DNA from: an uncultured delta proteobacterium
GTDB taxonomy: Bacteria; Desulfobacterota; Binatia; HRBIN30; BPIQ01
Reading direction: 5' to 3'
DNA length: 64,000 nucleotides
Assembly: GCA_963761335.1 (NCBI GenBank)
Contig: CAVXGR010000011.1
Coordinates: 559,527 to 623,526 of the forward strand
Both the position numbers and the translations under genes were made by a program. Below, one piece after another: positions 17,987-32,621 of this stretch. Below the pieces are notes generated by a model, which saw only the letters and a program-made list of their open reading frames with translations, searched no databases and was not told the DNA's origin. Numbering within the stretch: the first letter of the stretch is position 1; each line of letters starts with the position of its first letter.

Positions 17987-20506
17987 ATGAGCGACAAGCC
18001 TCTCATCCTGGTGGTCGGCGATACGTCCGAGTCGCTGGCGCTGCTGCTGCCGATACTGACGCAGACAGGCTACCAAGCGCGTGCCGCCGGCAGTGGCGAG
18101 TTGGCGCTGGCCGCCGTCGCCGCCAAGGCGCCGGATTTGATCCTGCTGGACGTCGGCATGCAGGGTATGGACGGGCCGGAAGTGTGCCGGCGGCTCAAGG
18201 CGCGTGAGGAGACGCGGCATATTCCCGTCATCTTGATCAGCGCCTTCGCCGATGTGGAGGAACGGGTGAAGGGTCTGCGACTGGGCGCTGCCGACTACAT
18301 CACCAAACCGTTCCAGACCGAGGAGCTGCTGACCCGCGTCGAGACTCACCTGTGCTTGGGACGCACCGCGGAGGACCAGAAGCGGGACGAGGGGGCGGTC
18401 GAGGCCCGCAGGCGCGAGCTGCAGATCCTGTACGACTTTGCCAGCGGGCTGGCCGCGGCACACTCCGGGAACGACATGTGCGAGCTCATCGCCCGCGGGC
18501 TCAAGGCGATCACCGGAGCAGCCAGCGCCACGTTCAGTGTCTACGATCCGGTCGAGAAGCACATCCGCGTGCAACACGCCGAGGTCGAGCCGGGCCTGAT
18601 GAGCGACCTGGTTCGCGTGCTGGGAGGAAAGAAGTTGACCGAGGCCGCGTTTCCGCTGAGCGATGATCTGCGCCGCGAGCTGCTGCGGAATCCGATCGGA
18701 TATTCATCCTCCCTCAGCGAGGTGACCTTCGGGGTCGTCCCGGGGTTCATCGGCACGGTGGTCCAGAAGGTTCAGGGTATCGATCGCTTCCTGGGCATCG
18801 CCTACAAGCTCGAGGGGGAGCTGTTCGGGACCTCACTGGTGGCCCTGCGTGCGAATACCCCCGATCCGCCTGCCGCACTGCTGAACTCGTTCGCCGAGAT
18901 GGTGGCCGTATCGTTGCGCCGTGTTCGAGCGGAGAACGCTCTGCGCCAGAGCCAGGGGCGCCTGATGGGCATCGTCGACTCTGCCATGGACGGCATCGTG
19001 ACGATCGACGACACGGAGCGCATCCAGGTTTTCAACGCCGCCGCCGAAGCGATGTTCGGCTGCCCGGCGGCCGAGGCCATTGGCCAGCCGGTGCACCGGT
19101 TCATCCCAGAACGCTTCCGCGCGGCGCGCCCCGAGCACGTCCAGCCTTTCGATCAGATGGGCGAGTCACGGCCTTCCGCGCCTTCGCTGCAACACATCGG
19201 CGGCCGGCGCGCCAGCGGCGAGGAGTTTCCCATCGAGGCTTCCATGTCACGTACCGCGGTAGATGGTCGTGAGCTCCTCACGATCATTCTGCGGGACATC
19301 ACCGAGCAGGTGCGCAGCGAGGAGGCGCGCGCGCAACTGGAAGCGCAGCTCCGTTTGACGCAGCGCATGGAATCGTTGGGCACGCTGGGCGGCGGCATCG
19401 CGCATGAATTCAACAACATTCTCGGCGCGATCATCGGCAACGCCGAGCTGGCGAGGCAGGACGTCGGCAGCGAGCACCCGGCGATGGAGAGCCTCGACGA
19501 GATTCTCAAAGCGAGCCAGCGTGCCAAGGACCTGGCGCACCGCATCCTCGCCTTCGGCCGCCGGGAGCAGGCGCCGGAGAGCGTCATCCCGTTGCGCCCC
19601 GTCGTGGAGGACGCCCTGGCCTTCCTGCGCGCCACGATCCCCGCCGCTGTCGAGATCGCCATGACCTGTGACGCCGACGCGCCGACCGTGTGGGCTGAGC
19701 GGACGCAGATCCATCAGGTCCTGATCAACCTGTGCACCAACGCTTGGCAGGCGATGGCGGGGCATGCGGGCCGCATCGACGTCCGTCTCGACGGCGTGAC
19801 GTTGGATGCCGAGGCCACCCGTGTTGACGCCGCTATGTGGCCGGGCCGGTTTGCGCGCCTGTCCGTGACCGATACCGGTGCCGGCATGACCCCTGCCACG
19901 CTGGAACACGTCTTCGAACCGTTCTTCACCACCAAGCCCGTCGGTCAAGGTACCGGGCTCGGCTTGTCCGTGGTGCACGGGATCGTGAAGGTGCACGGCG
20001 GTGCCATCACCGTCACCAGTCAGCCCGGCCAAGGCACGACCTTTTGCCTCTATTTTCCCGCTGCCGAATCGCCGGGACGAAGCGACGCGCCGGAAGACGC
20101 CGTCTGGGAGCCCCTCCCGGCATCACGCGGCCAGCACGTGCTCTACCTGGACGACGAAGAGCCCCTGGTGTTCATGGTGAAGTGCATGTTGGAGCGGCTG
20201 AAGTATCGGGTCAGCGGCTACACACGGGCGGACGAGGCCCTGGCGGCGGTGCGCGACGCTGCCGGGCAATTCGACCTGGTGGTCACCGACCTGAACATGC
20301 CGGGAATGTCCGGCTTGGACGTGGCGCGCGAGCTGGCGCGCCTGCGGCCCGATCTGCCGGTGGTGCTGGTGTCGGGGTACATCACCGAGGAGCTGCGTGC
20401 AGCGGCCCTCCATGCGGGCGTGCGGCAGTTGATCTACAAGCCCAACACGGTCGAGGAGCTCTGCGCGGCGGTGCACCGTTTGGCGCGCCCGCCGAAACGA
20501 CCGTAG
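17987..20506 (+). CDS. Hybrid sensor kinase REC-(GAF-like)-PAS-HisKA-HATPase-REC, copy 1
   Basis: GGIAHEFNN H-box, FEPFFTTK, GTGLGL; start set to match the paralog at 25522. Confidence 0.92.
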   Translation: MSDKPLILVVGDTSESLALLLPILTQTGYQARAAGSGELALAAVAAKAPDLILLDVGMQGMDGPEVCRRLKAREETRHIPVILISAFADVEERVKGLRLGAADYITKPFQTEELLTRVETHLCLGRTAEDQKRDEGAVEARRRELQILYDFASGLAAAHSGNDMCELIARGLKAITGAASATFSVYDPVEKHIRVQHAEVEPGLMSDLVRVLGGKKLTEAAFPLSDDLRRELLRNPIGYSSSLSEVTFGVVPGFIGTVVQKVQGIDRFLGIAYKLEGELFGTSLVALRANTPDPPAALLNSFAEMVAVSLRRVRAENALRQSQGRLMGIVDSAMDGIVTIDDTERIQVFNAAAEAMFGCPAAEAIGQPVHRFIPERFRAARPEHVQPFDQMGESRPSAPSLQHIGGRRASGEEFPIEASMSRTAVDGRELLTIILRDITEQVRSEEARAQLEAQLRLTQRMESLGTLGGGIAHEFNNILGAIIGNAELARQDVGSEHPAMESLDEILKASQRAKDLAHRILAFGRREQAPESVIPLRPVVEDALAFLRATIPAAVEIAMTCDADAPTVWAERTQIHQVLINLCTNAWQAMAGHAGRIDVRLDGVTLDAEATRVDAAMWPGRFARLSVTDTGAGMTPATLEHVFEPFFTTKPVGQGTGLGLSVVHGIVKVHGGAITVTSQPGQGTTFCLYFPAAESPGRSDAPEDAVWEPLPASRGQHVLYLDDEEPLVFMVKCMLERLKYRVSGYTRADEALAAVRDAAGQFDLVVTDLNMPGMSGLDVARELARLRPDLPVVLVSGYITEELRAAALHAGVRQLIYKPNTVEELCAAVHRLARPPKRP

Positions 20507-20522
20507 AAGCCGAGAGAGCGGC

Positions 20523-20884
20523 ATGGCCACAATTCTCCTGGTCGATGATGACGAGTTGTTTCGCAGCATGTTGCGACGCACCCTGCAGCGGCGCGGCTAC
20601 GACGTCATCGAAGCGGCGGAGGGCGGTGCTGCGTTGCGAGCCCTGAGCGGCGCCACCGTGGACCTGGTGATCACCGACATCGTCATGCCCGACACGGAAG
20701 GCATCGAAACCATCCGGACCTTGCGGCGGACCCACCCGGAGCTGAAGATCATCGCCATGTCCGGCGGCGGCCGCGTGGAGCCGGAAAGCTACCTCGAGAC
20801 GGCGAAGGTGTTCGGAGCGGTCTGCGTCTTCCGCAAGCCTTTCGACAACGAGGAGCTCTTCGCGGCGATCGAAGACGCCCTCGG

Positions 20885-20888
<4 letters not shown>
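20523..20888 (+). CDS. Single-domain response regulator, copy 1
   Basis: LLVDDD, TDIVMPD, AMSGG, KPF. Confidence 0.92.
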
Positions 20889-23491
<2,603 letters not shown>

Positions 23492-23846
23492 GTTTCTTCC
23501 GCGTCCCCGGGGGGCAATGCCAAAAGACCCGCCGAGCACCGTCAATTTCGCACTGCACCGGGCATACCGCTTGAAACGGACCGACGCCCCGCCCCGGCGC
23601 CGAGACGGCAGCGCTATTTCTGTGGCGCAACCACGAGAGTGGTCACTCCGATGCCAGAGCGACACCGGGATCGGTCCTTCTCGTTCGCGGTCGCCCGGGC
23701 GGTCACGTCGTCGGCTGAGGGCCGGAGCACGGTTTGGCGAAAGGCCCACGGCGGCCGCGGCCGTGAGGCCGTGAGCAGAGGGCCGCTATCTCTTGCCTGC
23801 CTCGACAGTGAGGACGTGTCCTCCTCCCGGTCGGGCGGCTCGTCGA

Positions 23847-24896
23847 TCAGGCGGACAGTGGGTGGCGAGGCAGCATGACGGTGCAAGTGGTGCCGACGCC
23901 GGGAGAGCTCTCGATTTGAGTGGTGCCGCCGAGCAGCTCGCAAAAGCGCTTTACCGTGAATAGCCCAAGGCCGGTTCCCAGGGGCACGATCTCCCGTGCC
24001 GTCGGCGTCCGGTAGTGCGGCTCGAATACCCGGTCGAGGTGGTCGGCGGGAATGCCAATCCCCGTGTCACGCACGCGCACGGAGAGCTTGGTGCTGGCCA
24101 GCTGGCCTTGGAGGTGGACCTTCCCGCTGGGTGTGTAGCGCACCGCATTGCTCAGCAGGTTGTCGAGGATGCGGGTCACCTTGATGGGATCAGTGGTGAC
24201 GGAGCCTTCCGCCGGAAGATCCACGTGGAAGTCAAGACCCTTTTGCCTGCACTGCCATTCGATCGCCTCGGCGCGTTCGCGGATCAGGGCGCGGGCGGAG
24301 ATGAGAGCGAGGGAGGGTTGGTCGTTCTCCGCATCAGCGTGATCGAGTAGCTCACGCATGATCTCGCCCAAAGTCGTCGAAAGCGTGATGATGCGGGGCA
24401 CCACCGGTCCTTCGGGGAGGTCCCTGTCCTTGAGCAGTTGGGCGTAGCCGACGATGTTGTTCAAAACATTGAGGACATCATGCGACGTGGCCGCCAGAAA
24501 CAGTCGGTTCGTCTCCTCCGCTCGTTTGCGGTCGGTGATGTCCTCCAAGGCGAGCAGGATCAACGTCGGCCTGCCGCGGCCTGGCTGCCGCAGACGACGC
24601 GCATTGACCAGCATCGTCCGCAGCCCGATCTTGGGGAATCGCTGCTCCAGCTCGTAATCCCGCACCTCGCGGCGCTCCCCGGCAATCTGTTCGAGCAGCG
24701 CCCGCAGCTCCGGAATGTCCCACTGGCGGTTGCCCAGCTCATAGAGCGGCCTGCCTTCGGTGTCTTCCGGGAGCAGCTGGCAGGTCACATAGAAGGACCT
24801 ATTGGCGGAGCGCACACGCAGGTCGGCGTCCAGAACAACGAGCGGTTGCCGTACCGTCTCGACAATGCTCGTGGCGTACGGGTCAAGCGATTGCAT
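23847..24896 (-). CDS. PAS-histidine kinase, copy 1
   Basis: PAS ([14 protein letters not shown]...QWDIPEL), atypical H-box [23 protein letters not shown]. Confidence 0.88.
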   Translation of the reverse strand: MQSLDPYATSIVETVRQPLVVLDADLRVRSANRSFYVTCQLLPEDTEGRPLYELGNRQWDIPELRALLEQIAGERREVRDYELEQRFPKIGLRTMLVNARRLRQPGRGRPTLILLALEDITDRKRAEETNRLFLAATSHDVLNVLNNIVGYAQLLKDRDLPEGPVVPRIITLSTTLGEIMRELLDHADAENDQPSLALISARALIRERAEAIEWQCRQKGLDFHVDLPAEGSVTTDPIKVTRILDNLLSNAVRYTPSGKVHLQGQLASTKLSVRVRDTGIGIPADHLDRVFEPHYRTPTAREIVPLGTGLGLFTVKRFCELLGGTTQIESSPGVGTTCTVMLPRHPLSA

Positions 24897-25060
24897 TGCG
24901 ACATCCAGTCGAACATGCGTTCAAGAAACCCAGCATTTCATCCCATCCGTGTGTCAACAGCCCGCATCCTCCGTCCCATTTTCCAATGGGCTGCTGACGC
25001 GGTGCACCAGCCAGATCCAGATCAACGATACAACATCCTGCGACCGCTGTAATCCTGGAA

Positions 25061-25081
25061 TACTACGCGCGTAGCTCTACG
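25061..25081 (-). promoter_or_regulatory. Repeated regulatory box, copy 1
   Basis: tactacgcgcgtagctctacg; on the minus strand followed by ttacag-N16-tatcgt, upstream of the kinase starting at 24896. Confidence 0.75.
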
Positions 25082-25207
25082 TGCATGCTTTCGCCACTTT
25101 GCGCGCCTTGAGGCTCACGCGCAGGCACCGGCGCACGGCGTTGGCGTCGAGATCGAGTGTGCCACAAATGCGTTCGAACGAGTACGGCCAGTCTGTCTCC
25201 TCGGCCA
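25077..25207 (-). pseudogene. 3' fragment of the small helical protein gene, cut by the duplication junction
   Basis: LAEETDWPYSFERIC...KACT matches the C-terminus of 32617..32964. Confidence 0.85.
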
Positions 25208-25521
25208 ATTTCCGGGCGAATTGATACCCAGCCGCGTTTTGGGGCACTGTCCTAACCAACTTGCCGATCCGACCTCCCTGCTGTGCTTGCCCATCTCGCG
25301 GAAGGGTCTCCTCTCCCCGCATTCCTTTCGCGGGGAGAGGACCAAGGTGAGGGGCTCCTTCCTGGTCATAATTTGATAGAGTCATTTGCAGCTCGGCTCT
25401 GAGACATCGGGTTCTTTTCGTAGCGCGTGGCCGATCTGATTGGGTTGAACTCAAGACGGAAGATAATGACGGGCGCTTCGAAGACGGGCTCTGCGGTGGC
25501 TCGAAAGAGAAGGGCCACCGC

Positions 25522-28041
25522 ATGAGCGACAAGCCTCTCATCCTGGTGGTCGGCGATACGTCCGAGTCGCTGGCGCTGCTGCTGCCGATACTGACGCAGG
25601 CAGGCTACCAAGCGCGTCTTGCCGGCAGTGGCGAGTTGGCGCTGGCCGCCGTCGCCGCCAAGGCGCCGGAATTGATCCTGCTGGACGTCTGCATGCACGG
25701 GGTGGACGGGCCGGAAGTGTGCCGGCGGCTCAAGGCGCGTGAGGAGACGCGGCATATTCCCGTTATCTTGATCAGCGCCCTCGCCGATGTCGAGGAACGG
25801 GTGAAGGGTCTGCGACTGGGCGCGGCGGACTACATCACCAAACCGTTCCAGACCGAGGAGCTGCTGACGCGCATCGAGACTCACCTGTCCTTGGGACGCC
25901 CCGGGGAGGACCAGAAGCGAGCCGAGGGGGCGGCCGAGGCCCGCAGGCGCGAGCTGGAGCTCCTGTACGACTTTGCCAGCGGGCTGGCCGCGACACACTC
26001 GGGCAACGACATGTACCAGCTCATCGCCCGCGAGCTCAAGGAGATCACCGGAGCAGCCAGCGCAACGTTCAGTGTCTACGATCCGGTCGAGAAGCACATC
26101 CGCGTGGAACACGCGGAGGTCGAGCCGGGCCTGATGACCGACCTGGTTCGCGTGCTGGGAGGAAAGAAGTTGACCGAGGCCGCGTTTCCGCTGAGCGATG
26201 ATCTGCGCCGCGAGCTGCTGCGGAATCCGATCGGATATTCATCCTCCCTCAGCGAGGTGACCTTCGGGGTCGTCCCGTGGTTCATCGGCAAGGTGGTCCA
26301 GAAGGTTCAGGGTATCGATCGCTTCCTGGGCATCGCCTACAAGCTCGAGGGAGAGCTGTTCGGGACCTCACTGGTGGCCCTGCATGCGAATACCCCCGAT
26401 CCACCTGTCGCACTGCTGAACTCGTTCGCCGAGATGGTGGCCGTATCGTTGCGCCGTGTTCGAGCAGAGAACGCTCTGCGCCAGAGCCAGGGGCGTCTGA
26501 TGGGCATCGTCGACTCTGCGATGGACGGCATCGTGACGATCGACGACACGGAGCGCATCCAGGTTTTCAACGCCGCCGCCGAAGCGATGTTCGGCTGCCC
26601 GGCGGCCGAGGCCATTGGCCAGTCGGTGCACCGGTTCATCCCAGAACGCTTCCGTGCTGCGCGCGCCGAGCACGTCCGGCCTTTCGATCAGATGGGCGAG
26701 TCACAGCGTTCCGCGCCTTCGCGGCAACGCATCGGCGGCCGGCGCACCGGCGGCGAGGAGTTCCCCATCGAGGCTTCCATATCACGTACTGAGGTAGATG
26801 GTCGTGAGCTCCTCACGATCATTCTGCGGGACATCACCGAGCGGGTGCGCAGCGAGGAGGCGCGCACGCAACTGGAAGCGCAGCTCCGTTTGACGCAGCG
26901 CATGGAATCGTTGGGCACGCTGAGCGGCGGCATCGCGCATGAATTCAACAACATTCTCGGCGCGATCATCGGCAACGCCGAGCTGGCGAGGCAGGATGTC
27001 GGCACCGAGCACCCGGCGATGGAGAGCCTCGACGAGATTCTCAAAGCGAGCCACCGTGCCAAGGACCTGGCGCAGCGCATCCTCGCCTTCGGCCGCCGGG
27101 AGCAGGCGCCGGAGAGCGTCATCCCGTTGCGCCCCGTCGTGGAGGAGGCCCTGGCCTTCCTGCGCGCCACGATCCCCGCCGGTATCGAGGTCGCCCTGAC
27201 CTGTGACGAAGACGCGCCGACCGTGCGGGCCGAGCGGACGCAGATCCATCAGGTCCTGATCAACCTGGGCACGAACGCTTGGCAGGCGATGGCGGGGCAT
27301 GCGGGCCGCATCGACGTCCGTCTCGACGGCGTGACGTTGGATGCCGAGGCCACCCGTGTTGACGCCACCATGTGGCCGGGCCGGTTTGCGCGCCTGTCCG
27401 TGACCGATACCGGGGCCGGCATGACCCCTGCCACGTTGGAACACGTCTTCGAACCGTTCTTCACCACCAAGCCCGTCGGTCAAGGTACCGGGCTCGGCTT
27501 GTCCGTGGTGCACGGGATCGTGAAGGTGCACGGCGGTGCCATCACCGTCACCAGTCAGCCCGGCGAAGGCTCGACCTTTTGCCTCTATTTTCCCGCTGCC
27601 GAATCGCCGGGACGAAGCGACGCGCCGGAAGACGCCGCCGGGGAGCCCCTCCCGGCGTCCCGCGGCCAGCACGTGCTCTACCTGGACGACGAAGAGCCCC
27701 TGGTGTTCATGGTGACGCGCATGTTGGAGCGGTTGGAGTATCGGGTCAGCGGCTACACGCGGGCGGACGAGGCCCTGGCGGCGGTGCGCGACGCTGCCGG
27801 GCAGTTCGACCTGGTGGTCACCGACCTGAACATGCCGGGAATGTCCGGCCTGGACGTGGCGCGCGAGCTGGCGCGCCTGCGGCCCGATCTGCCGGTGGTG
27901 CTGGTGTCGGGGTACATCACCGAGGAGCTGCGGGCAGCGGCCCTCCATGCGGGCGTGCGGCAGTTGATCTACAAACCCAACACGGTCGAGGAACTCTGCG
28001 CGGCGGTGCACCGTTTGGCGCGCCCGCCGAAACGACCGTAG
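25522..28041 (+). CDS. Hybrid sensor kinase, copy 2
   Basis: Paralog of 17987..20506, 839 aa. Confidence 0.92.
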   Translation: MSDKPLILVVGDTSESLALLLPILTQAGYQARLAGSGELALAAVAAKAPELILLDVCMHGVDGPEVCRRLKAREETRHIPVILISALADVEERVKGLRLGAADYITKPFQTEELLTRIETHLSLGRPGEDQKRAEGAAEARRRELELLYDFASGLAATHSGNDMYQLIARELKEITGAASATFSVYDPVEKHIRVEHAEVEPGLMTDLVRVLGGKKLTEAAFPLSDDLRRELLRNPIGYSSSLSEVTFGVVPWFIGKVVQKVQGIDRFLGIAYKLEGELFGTSLVALHANTPDPPVALLNSFAEMVAVSLRRVRAENALRQSQGRLMGIVDSAMDGIVTIDDTERIQVFNAAAEAMFGCPAAEAIGQSVHRFIPERFRAARAEHVRPFDQMGESQRSAPSRQRIGGRRTGGEEFPIEASISRTEVDGRELLTIILRDITERVRSEEARTQLEAQLRLTQRMESLGTLSGGIAHEFNNILGAIIGNAELARQDVGTEHPAMESLDEILKASHRAKDLAQRILAFGRREQAPESVIPLRPVVEEALAFLRATIPAGIEVALTCDEDAPTVRAERTQIHQVLINLGTNAWQAMAGHAGRIDVRLDGVTLDAEATRVDATMWPGRFARLSVTDTGAGMTPATLEHVFEPFFTTKPVGQGTGLGLSVVHGIVKVHGGAITVTSQPGEGSTFCLYFPAAESPGRSDAPEDAAGEPLPASRGQHVLYLDDEEPLVFMVTRMLERLEYRVSGYTRADEALAAVRDAAGQFDLVVTDLNMPGMSGLDVARELARLRPDLPVVLVSGYITEELRAAALHAGVRQLIYKPNTVEELCAAVHRLARPPKRP

Positions 28042-28057
28042 AATCCGAGAGAGCGGC

Positions 28058-28423
28058 ATGGCCACAATTCTCCTGGTCGATGATGACGAGGTGTTTCGCA
28101 GCATGTTGCGGCGCACCTTGCAGCGGCGCGGCTACGACGTCATCGAAGCGGCGGAGGGCGGTGCCGCGTTGCGAGCCCTGAGCGGCGCCACCGTGGATCT
28201 GGTGATCACCGACATCGTCATGCCCGACACGGAAGGCATCGAAACCATCCGGACCTTGCGGCGGACCCACCCGGAGCTGAAGATCATCGCCATGTCCGGC
28301 GGCGGCCGCGTGGAGCCGGAGAGCTACCTCGAGACGGCAAAGGCGTTCGGAGCGGTCTGCGTCTTCCGCAAGCCTTTCGACAACAAGGAGCTCTTCGCGG
28401 CGATCGAAGACGCCCTCGGTTAG
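28058..28423 (+). CDS. Single-domain response regulator, copy 2
   Basis: Three residues differ from 20523..20888. Confidence 0.92.
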   Translation: MATILLVDDDEVFRSMLRRTLQRRGYDVIEAAEGGAALRALSGATVDLVITDIVMPDTEGIETIRTLRRTHPELKIIAMSGGGRVEPESYLETAKAFGAVCVFRKPFDNKELFAAIEDALG

Positions 28424-31029
28424 CCCGGTCGTTGGACTACTTCGCCACCGCCGGCGTCTGCCCGTCCGTCAGAATCGGCATCAGCCGCCGTTGGCGGCGC
28501 GACCCGGTTCACGCGCCGAATCGCCTCGAAGAGGCGGGTCGCGTCGATCGGCTTGGAAATATAGTCGTCCATCCCCGCTTGCAGGCACCGCTCCTCATCG
28601 CCTTTCAAGGCGTGGGCGGTCATGGCGATGATTGGAATGTGCGTGCCGCTCGGACGCTCCAGCGCGCGGATGGCGGCGGTGGCTTCGAAGCCATCCATCT
28701 CGGGCATCTGCACGTCCATGAGCACGACGTCGAAGGACGCATCGCGCAGGGCGGCGAGCGCTTCGCGGCCATTGCCGGCGACCACCACGGCGTGGCCGCT
28801 CTTCTGCAGCAGCCGGCTCACCAGCTTTTGATTCACGGCGTTGTCTTCGGCGAGCAGGAAGCGCAGCGGTCGGTCGCGCATCTCGACCGTCATCGCGGGT
28901 TGCGGCGTTGCCGTCGGCGTCGCCTCCAGCTCGAGCCGGGTGGTGAAGTGAAACGTCGAGCCGCGCCCGGGCACGCTCTCCACCCAGATGCGTCCGCCCA
29001 TCAGCTGTACCAGCTTCGTCGAGATCGTCAGTCCCAGGCCCGTTCCCCCGTATCGGCGCGCCGTCGAGCTGTCGGCCTGCGCGAAGGCATCGAAGATGAT
29101 CTTCTGCTGCTCGGGGGCAATGCCGATTCCGGTGTCGCTGACCGCAAAGTGCAGCACCGTCTCGGGTTGTGGAGCCCGCGCTTCGCCGGGCAGGGGTGAG
29201 CGGCAGTCCGCCTCCGGCAAGGCGCCGTCGGCCAGCGCCACGTCGACCGCGACCTGCCCGTGCTCGGTGAACTTGATCGCGTTGCCGACCAGGTTGACCA
29301 GGACCTGGCGCAACCGATCCGGGTCGCCCACCAAGGCGTCGGGCACCTCGGGGCGCACCGTGCACCGCAAGGCGATCCCCTTCGGCTGGGCGCGCACCTC
29401 GAGCGCCTTCACGGTGTCGTCGACGCAAGCCCGGAGACGGAAGCCGACGTGGTCGAAGTCCAGCTTGCCGGCCTCGATCCTGGAGAAATCGAGCACGTCG
29501 TTGATCACCCGCAGCAGGGCATCGGCCGACGACTTCACCATCTCCAGATACTCGCGTTGCTCACCGGTGAGCGACGTTTGCAGCGCCAACTCGGTCATGC
29601 CGATGACCCCGTTCATCGGCGTGCGGATCTCATGGCTCATGTTGGCGAGGAACTCGCTCTTGGCGCGGTTGGCCGCCTCCGCCGCCTCCTTGGTTTCGCG
29701 CAGCTGCGCTTCGAAACGCTTGCGCTCGGTGATGTCGCGGAACGTCCAGATTCTCCCGTAGGATTCACCGTTCTTGCCAATGATGGGAGCGCTGTATCGG
29801 TCGAGCACCCTGCCGTCCTTGAGCTCGGTCTCCTCCCGGCTGCTCTCGTCCGGATGAGCGTAGAGATAGCTGACTCTCTCGACGAACTGCTTGCGATCCT
29901 TGACCATGTTCGCCACCCACCGCACCTGGGACTGGTCGTCGCTGCCCTCAGCGATGTGCCGGGGGATCTTCCACAAGTCGACACTCCGCTGGTTTTGGAG
30001 AATCTTCTGTCCCTGCTTGTCGACCACCAGGATCCCGTCGAGTGAGGAGCTCACCTGGGCCTCGAGGAGGGCCGTCTTCCAATGCAGCTCTTCTTCAGCG
30101 CGCTTGCGCCCGGTGATGTCGCGCGCATTGATCACAATGCCCGCGACGGCGGGGTCGTCGAGCAAGTTGGTGCCGATCGCCTCGAGCGTTACCCACGAGC
30201 CGCTTTTGTGCCGGACGCGGTATTCGGCAGAGGCCGTGGCGCCCGGCGTCGAGAGGCCAGGCACGAAGAGGTCGAGCAATCGATCCCGATCGTCGGGATG
30301 AGTTCGATCGAAGCTATTGATCCCGCCGAGCTCCTCGGGCGCGTACCCGAGCACGGCGGCAAACGAAGGGCTGTGGTAGCGCCCGATGCCGTTGCGGTCG
30401 ATGATCGAGATCAGGTCTGAGCCCTTCTCGGTCAGGGAGCGGAAGTATGCCTCGCTGCGGTGCAACTCCGCGGTATGTCGCTCGATGGTCGACCGGTAGC
30501 TCGCAAATTCGCGCGTGACGTAGACCAGCACGACAACTGCGATCGCCATACCTGCCGAAAGATGCTCTCCGAAGATCTCGATGTGACCGGTCGCCACGAG
30601 TGAGCTGACGACCATCGCCGCGACCGCGATCGCGGCCGTGGCGGCTTGTGCCCACAGCCCCCAAGGCAGGACTGCCACCGACGCCAGCGCGATCACCGTC
30701 AAGACCAGAGCCGTGGTCGCCACGTCATTCCGGATCGCCCCCAGGATCGCGGTGGCGACGCAGGTAACGGTGACGCCGAGCAAGCCGATCAGCACCGGGC
30801 GCCGCCGCAGCGCCGGCACCTGGAGAGAGGCGACCAACACGAGGAGCGCTGCAATCATGGCCAACTTGATCAACAGCAAGGTCCTGAGCACTTCGGAGTG
30901 GAACCTCAGGTCCTCAACCGTCGTCAGCACCGCCGAGCCGAGAATGAGCCAGAAGCCCGCCTGCAACCGCTTCACAAACATGTGGTTGCTGGATTCAAGG
31001 GAGATCGAGGGCCTGCCGCCGTTGAGCAT
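28420..31029 (-). CDS. Membrane hybrid sensor kinase, copy 2
   Basis: Paralog of 20885..23491 with one extra codon (SVAVLPWG); start approximate. Confidence 0.9.
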   Translation of the reverse strand: MLNGGRPSISLESSNHMFVKRLQAGFWLILGSAVLTTVEDLRFHSEVLRTLLLIKLAMIAALLVLVASLQVPALRRRPVLIGLLGVTVTCVATAILGAIRNDVATTALVLTVIALASVAVLPWGLWAQAATAAIAVAAMVVSSLVATGHIEIFGEHLSAGMAIAVVVLVYVTREFASYRSTIERHTAELHRSEAYFRSLTEKGSDLISIIDRNGIGRYHSPSFAAVLGYAPEELGGINSFDRTHPDDRDRLLDLFVPGLSTPGATASAEYRVRHKSGSWVTLEAIGTNLLDDPAVAGIVINARDITGRKRAEEELHWKTALLEAQVSSSLDGILVVDKQGQKILQNQRSVDLWKIPRHIAEGSDDQSQVRWVANMVKDRKQFVERVSYLYAHPDESSREETELKDGRVLDRYSAPIIGKNGESYGRIWTFRDITERKRFEAQLRETKEAAEAANRAKSEFLANMSHEIRTPMNGVIGMTELALQTSLTGEQREYLEMVKSSADALLRVINDVLDFSRIEAGKLDFDHVGFRLRACVDDTVKALEVRAQPKGIALRCTVRPEVPDALVGDPDRLRQVLVNLVGNAIKFTEHGQVAVDVALADGALPEADCRSPLPGEARAPQPETVLHFAVSDTGIGIAPEQQKIIFDAFAQADSSTARRYGGTGLGLTISTKLVQLMGGRIWVESVPGRGSTFHFTTRLELEATPTATPQPAMTVEMRDRPLRFLLAEDNAVNQKLVSRLLQKSGHAVVVAGNGREALAALRDASFDVVLMDVQMPEMDGFEATAAIRALERPSGTHIPIIAMTAHALKGDEERCLQAGMDDYISKPIDATRLFEAIRRVNRVAPPTAADADSDGRADAGGGEVVQRPG

Positions 31030-31385
31030 GTTTCTTCCGCGTCCCCGGGGGGCAATGCCAAAAGACCCGCCGAGCACCGTCAATTTCGCACTGCACCGGG
31101 CATACCGCTTGAAACGAACCGACACCCCGCCCCGGCGCCGAGACGGCAGCGCTATTTCTGTGGCGCAACCACGAGAGTGGTCACTCCGATGCCAGAGCGA
31201 CACCGGGATCGGCCCTTCTCGTTCGCGGTCGCCCGGGCGGTCATGTCGTCGGCTGAGCGCCGGGAGCACGGTTTGGCGAAAGGCCCACGCGCGCCGCTGC
31301 CGTGAGGCCGTGAGCAGAGGGCCGCTATCTCTTGCCTGCCTCGAGAGTGAGGACGTGTCCTCCTCCCGGTCGGGCGGCTCGTCGA

Positions 31386-32435
31386 TCAGGCGGACAGTGG
31401 GTGGCGAGGCAGCATGACGGTGCAAGTGGTGCCGACGCCGGGAGAGCTCTCGATTTGAGTGGTGCCGCCGAGCAGCTCGCAAAAGCGCTTTACCGTGAAT
31501 AGCCCAAGGCCGGTTCCCAGGGGCACGATCTCCCGTGCCGTCGGCGCCCGGTAGTGCGGCTCGAATACCCGGTCGAGGTGGTCGGCGGGAATGCCAATCC
31601 CCGTGTCACGCACGCGCACGGAGAGCTTGGTGCTGGCCAGCTGGCCTTGGAGGTGGACCTTCCCGCTGGGTGTGTAGCGCACAGCATTGCTCAGCAGGTT
31701 GTCGAGGATGCGGGTCACCTTGATGGGATCAGTGGTGACGGAGCCTTCCGCCGGAAGATCCACGTGGAAGTCAAGACCCTTTTGCCTGCACTGCCATTCG
31801 ATCGCCTCGGCGCGTTCGCGGATCAGGGCGCGGGCGGAGATGAGCGCCAGGGAGGGTTGGTCGTTCTCCGCATCAGCGTGATCGAGTAGCTCACGCATGA
31901 TCTCGCCCAACGTCGTCGAAAGAGTGATGATGCGGGGCACCACCGGTCCTTCGGGGAGGTCCCTGTCCTTGAGCAGTTGGGCGTAGCCGACGATGTTGTT
32001 CAAAACATTGAGGACATCATGCGACGTGGCCGCCAGAAACAGTCGGTTCGTCTCCTCCGCTCGTTTGCGGTCGGTGATGTCCTCCAAGGCGAGCAGGATC
32101 AACGTCGGCCTGCCGCGGCCTGGCTGCCGCAGACGACGCGCATTGACCAGCATCGTCCGCAGCCCGATCTTGGGGAATCGCTGCTCCAGCTCGTAATCCC
32201 GTACCTCGCGGCGCTCCCCGGCAATCTGTTCGAGCAGCGCCCGCAGCTCCGGAATGTCCCACTGGCGGTTGCCCAGCTCATAGAGCGGCCTGCCTTCGGT
32301 GTCTTCCGGGAGCAGCTGGCAGGTCACATAGAAGGACCTATTGGCGGAGCGCACACGCAGGTCGGCGTCCAGAACAACGAGCGGTTGCCGTACCGTCTCG
32401 ACAATGCTCGCGGCGTACGGGTCAAGCGATTGCAT
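31386..32435 (-). CDS. PAS-histidine kinase, copy 2
   Basis: Two residues differ from 23847..24896. Confidence 0.88.
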   Translation of the reverse strand: MQSLDPYAASIVETVRQPLVVLDADLRVRSANRSFYVTCQLLPEDTEGRPLYELGNRQWDIPELRALLEQIAGERREVRDYELEQRFPKIGLRTMLVNARRLRQPGRGRPTLILLALEDITDRKRAEETNRLFLAATSHDVLNVLNNIVGYAQLLKDRDLPEGPVVPRIITLSTTLGEIMRELLDHADAENDQPSLALISARALIRERAEAIEWQCRQKGLDFHVDLPAEGSVTTDPIKVTRILDNLLSNAVRYTPSGKVHLQGQLASTKLSVRVRDTGIGIPADHLDRVFEPHYRAPTAREIVPLGTGLGLFTVKRFCELLGGTTQIESSPGVGTTCTVMLPRHPLSA

Positions 32436-32600
32436 TGCGACATCCAGTCGAACACGCGTTCAAGAAACCGCAGCATTTCATCCCATCCGTGTGTCAACAG
32501 CCCGCATCCTCCGTCCCATTTTCCAATGGGCTGCTGACGCGGTGCACCAGCCAGATCCAGATCAACGATACAACATCCTGCGACCGCTGTAATCCTGGAA

Positions 32601-32621
32601 TACTACGCGCGTAGCTCTACG
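32601..32621 (-). promoter_or_regulatory. Repeated regulatory box, copy 2
   Basis: tactacgcgcgtagctctacg (duplicate of 25061). Confidence 0.75.

Noticed and set aside
25077..25541. 154-aa ORF spanning the duplication junction
   Set aside because: Chimera of non-coding repeat sequence and a 3' gene fragment; overlaps the opposite-strand kinase start.
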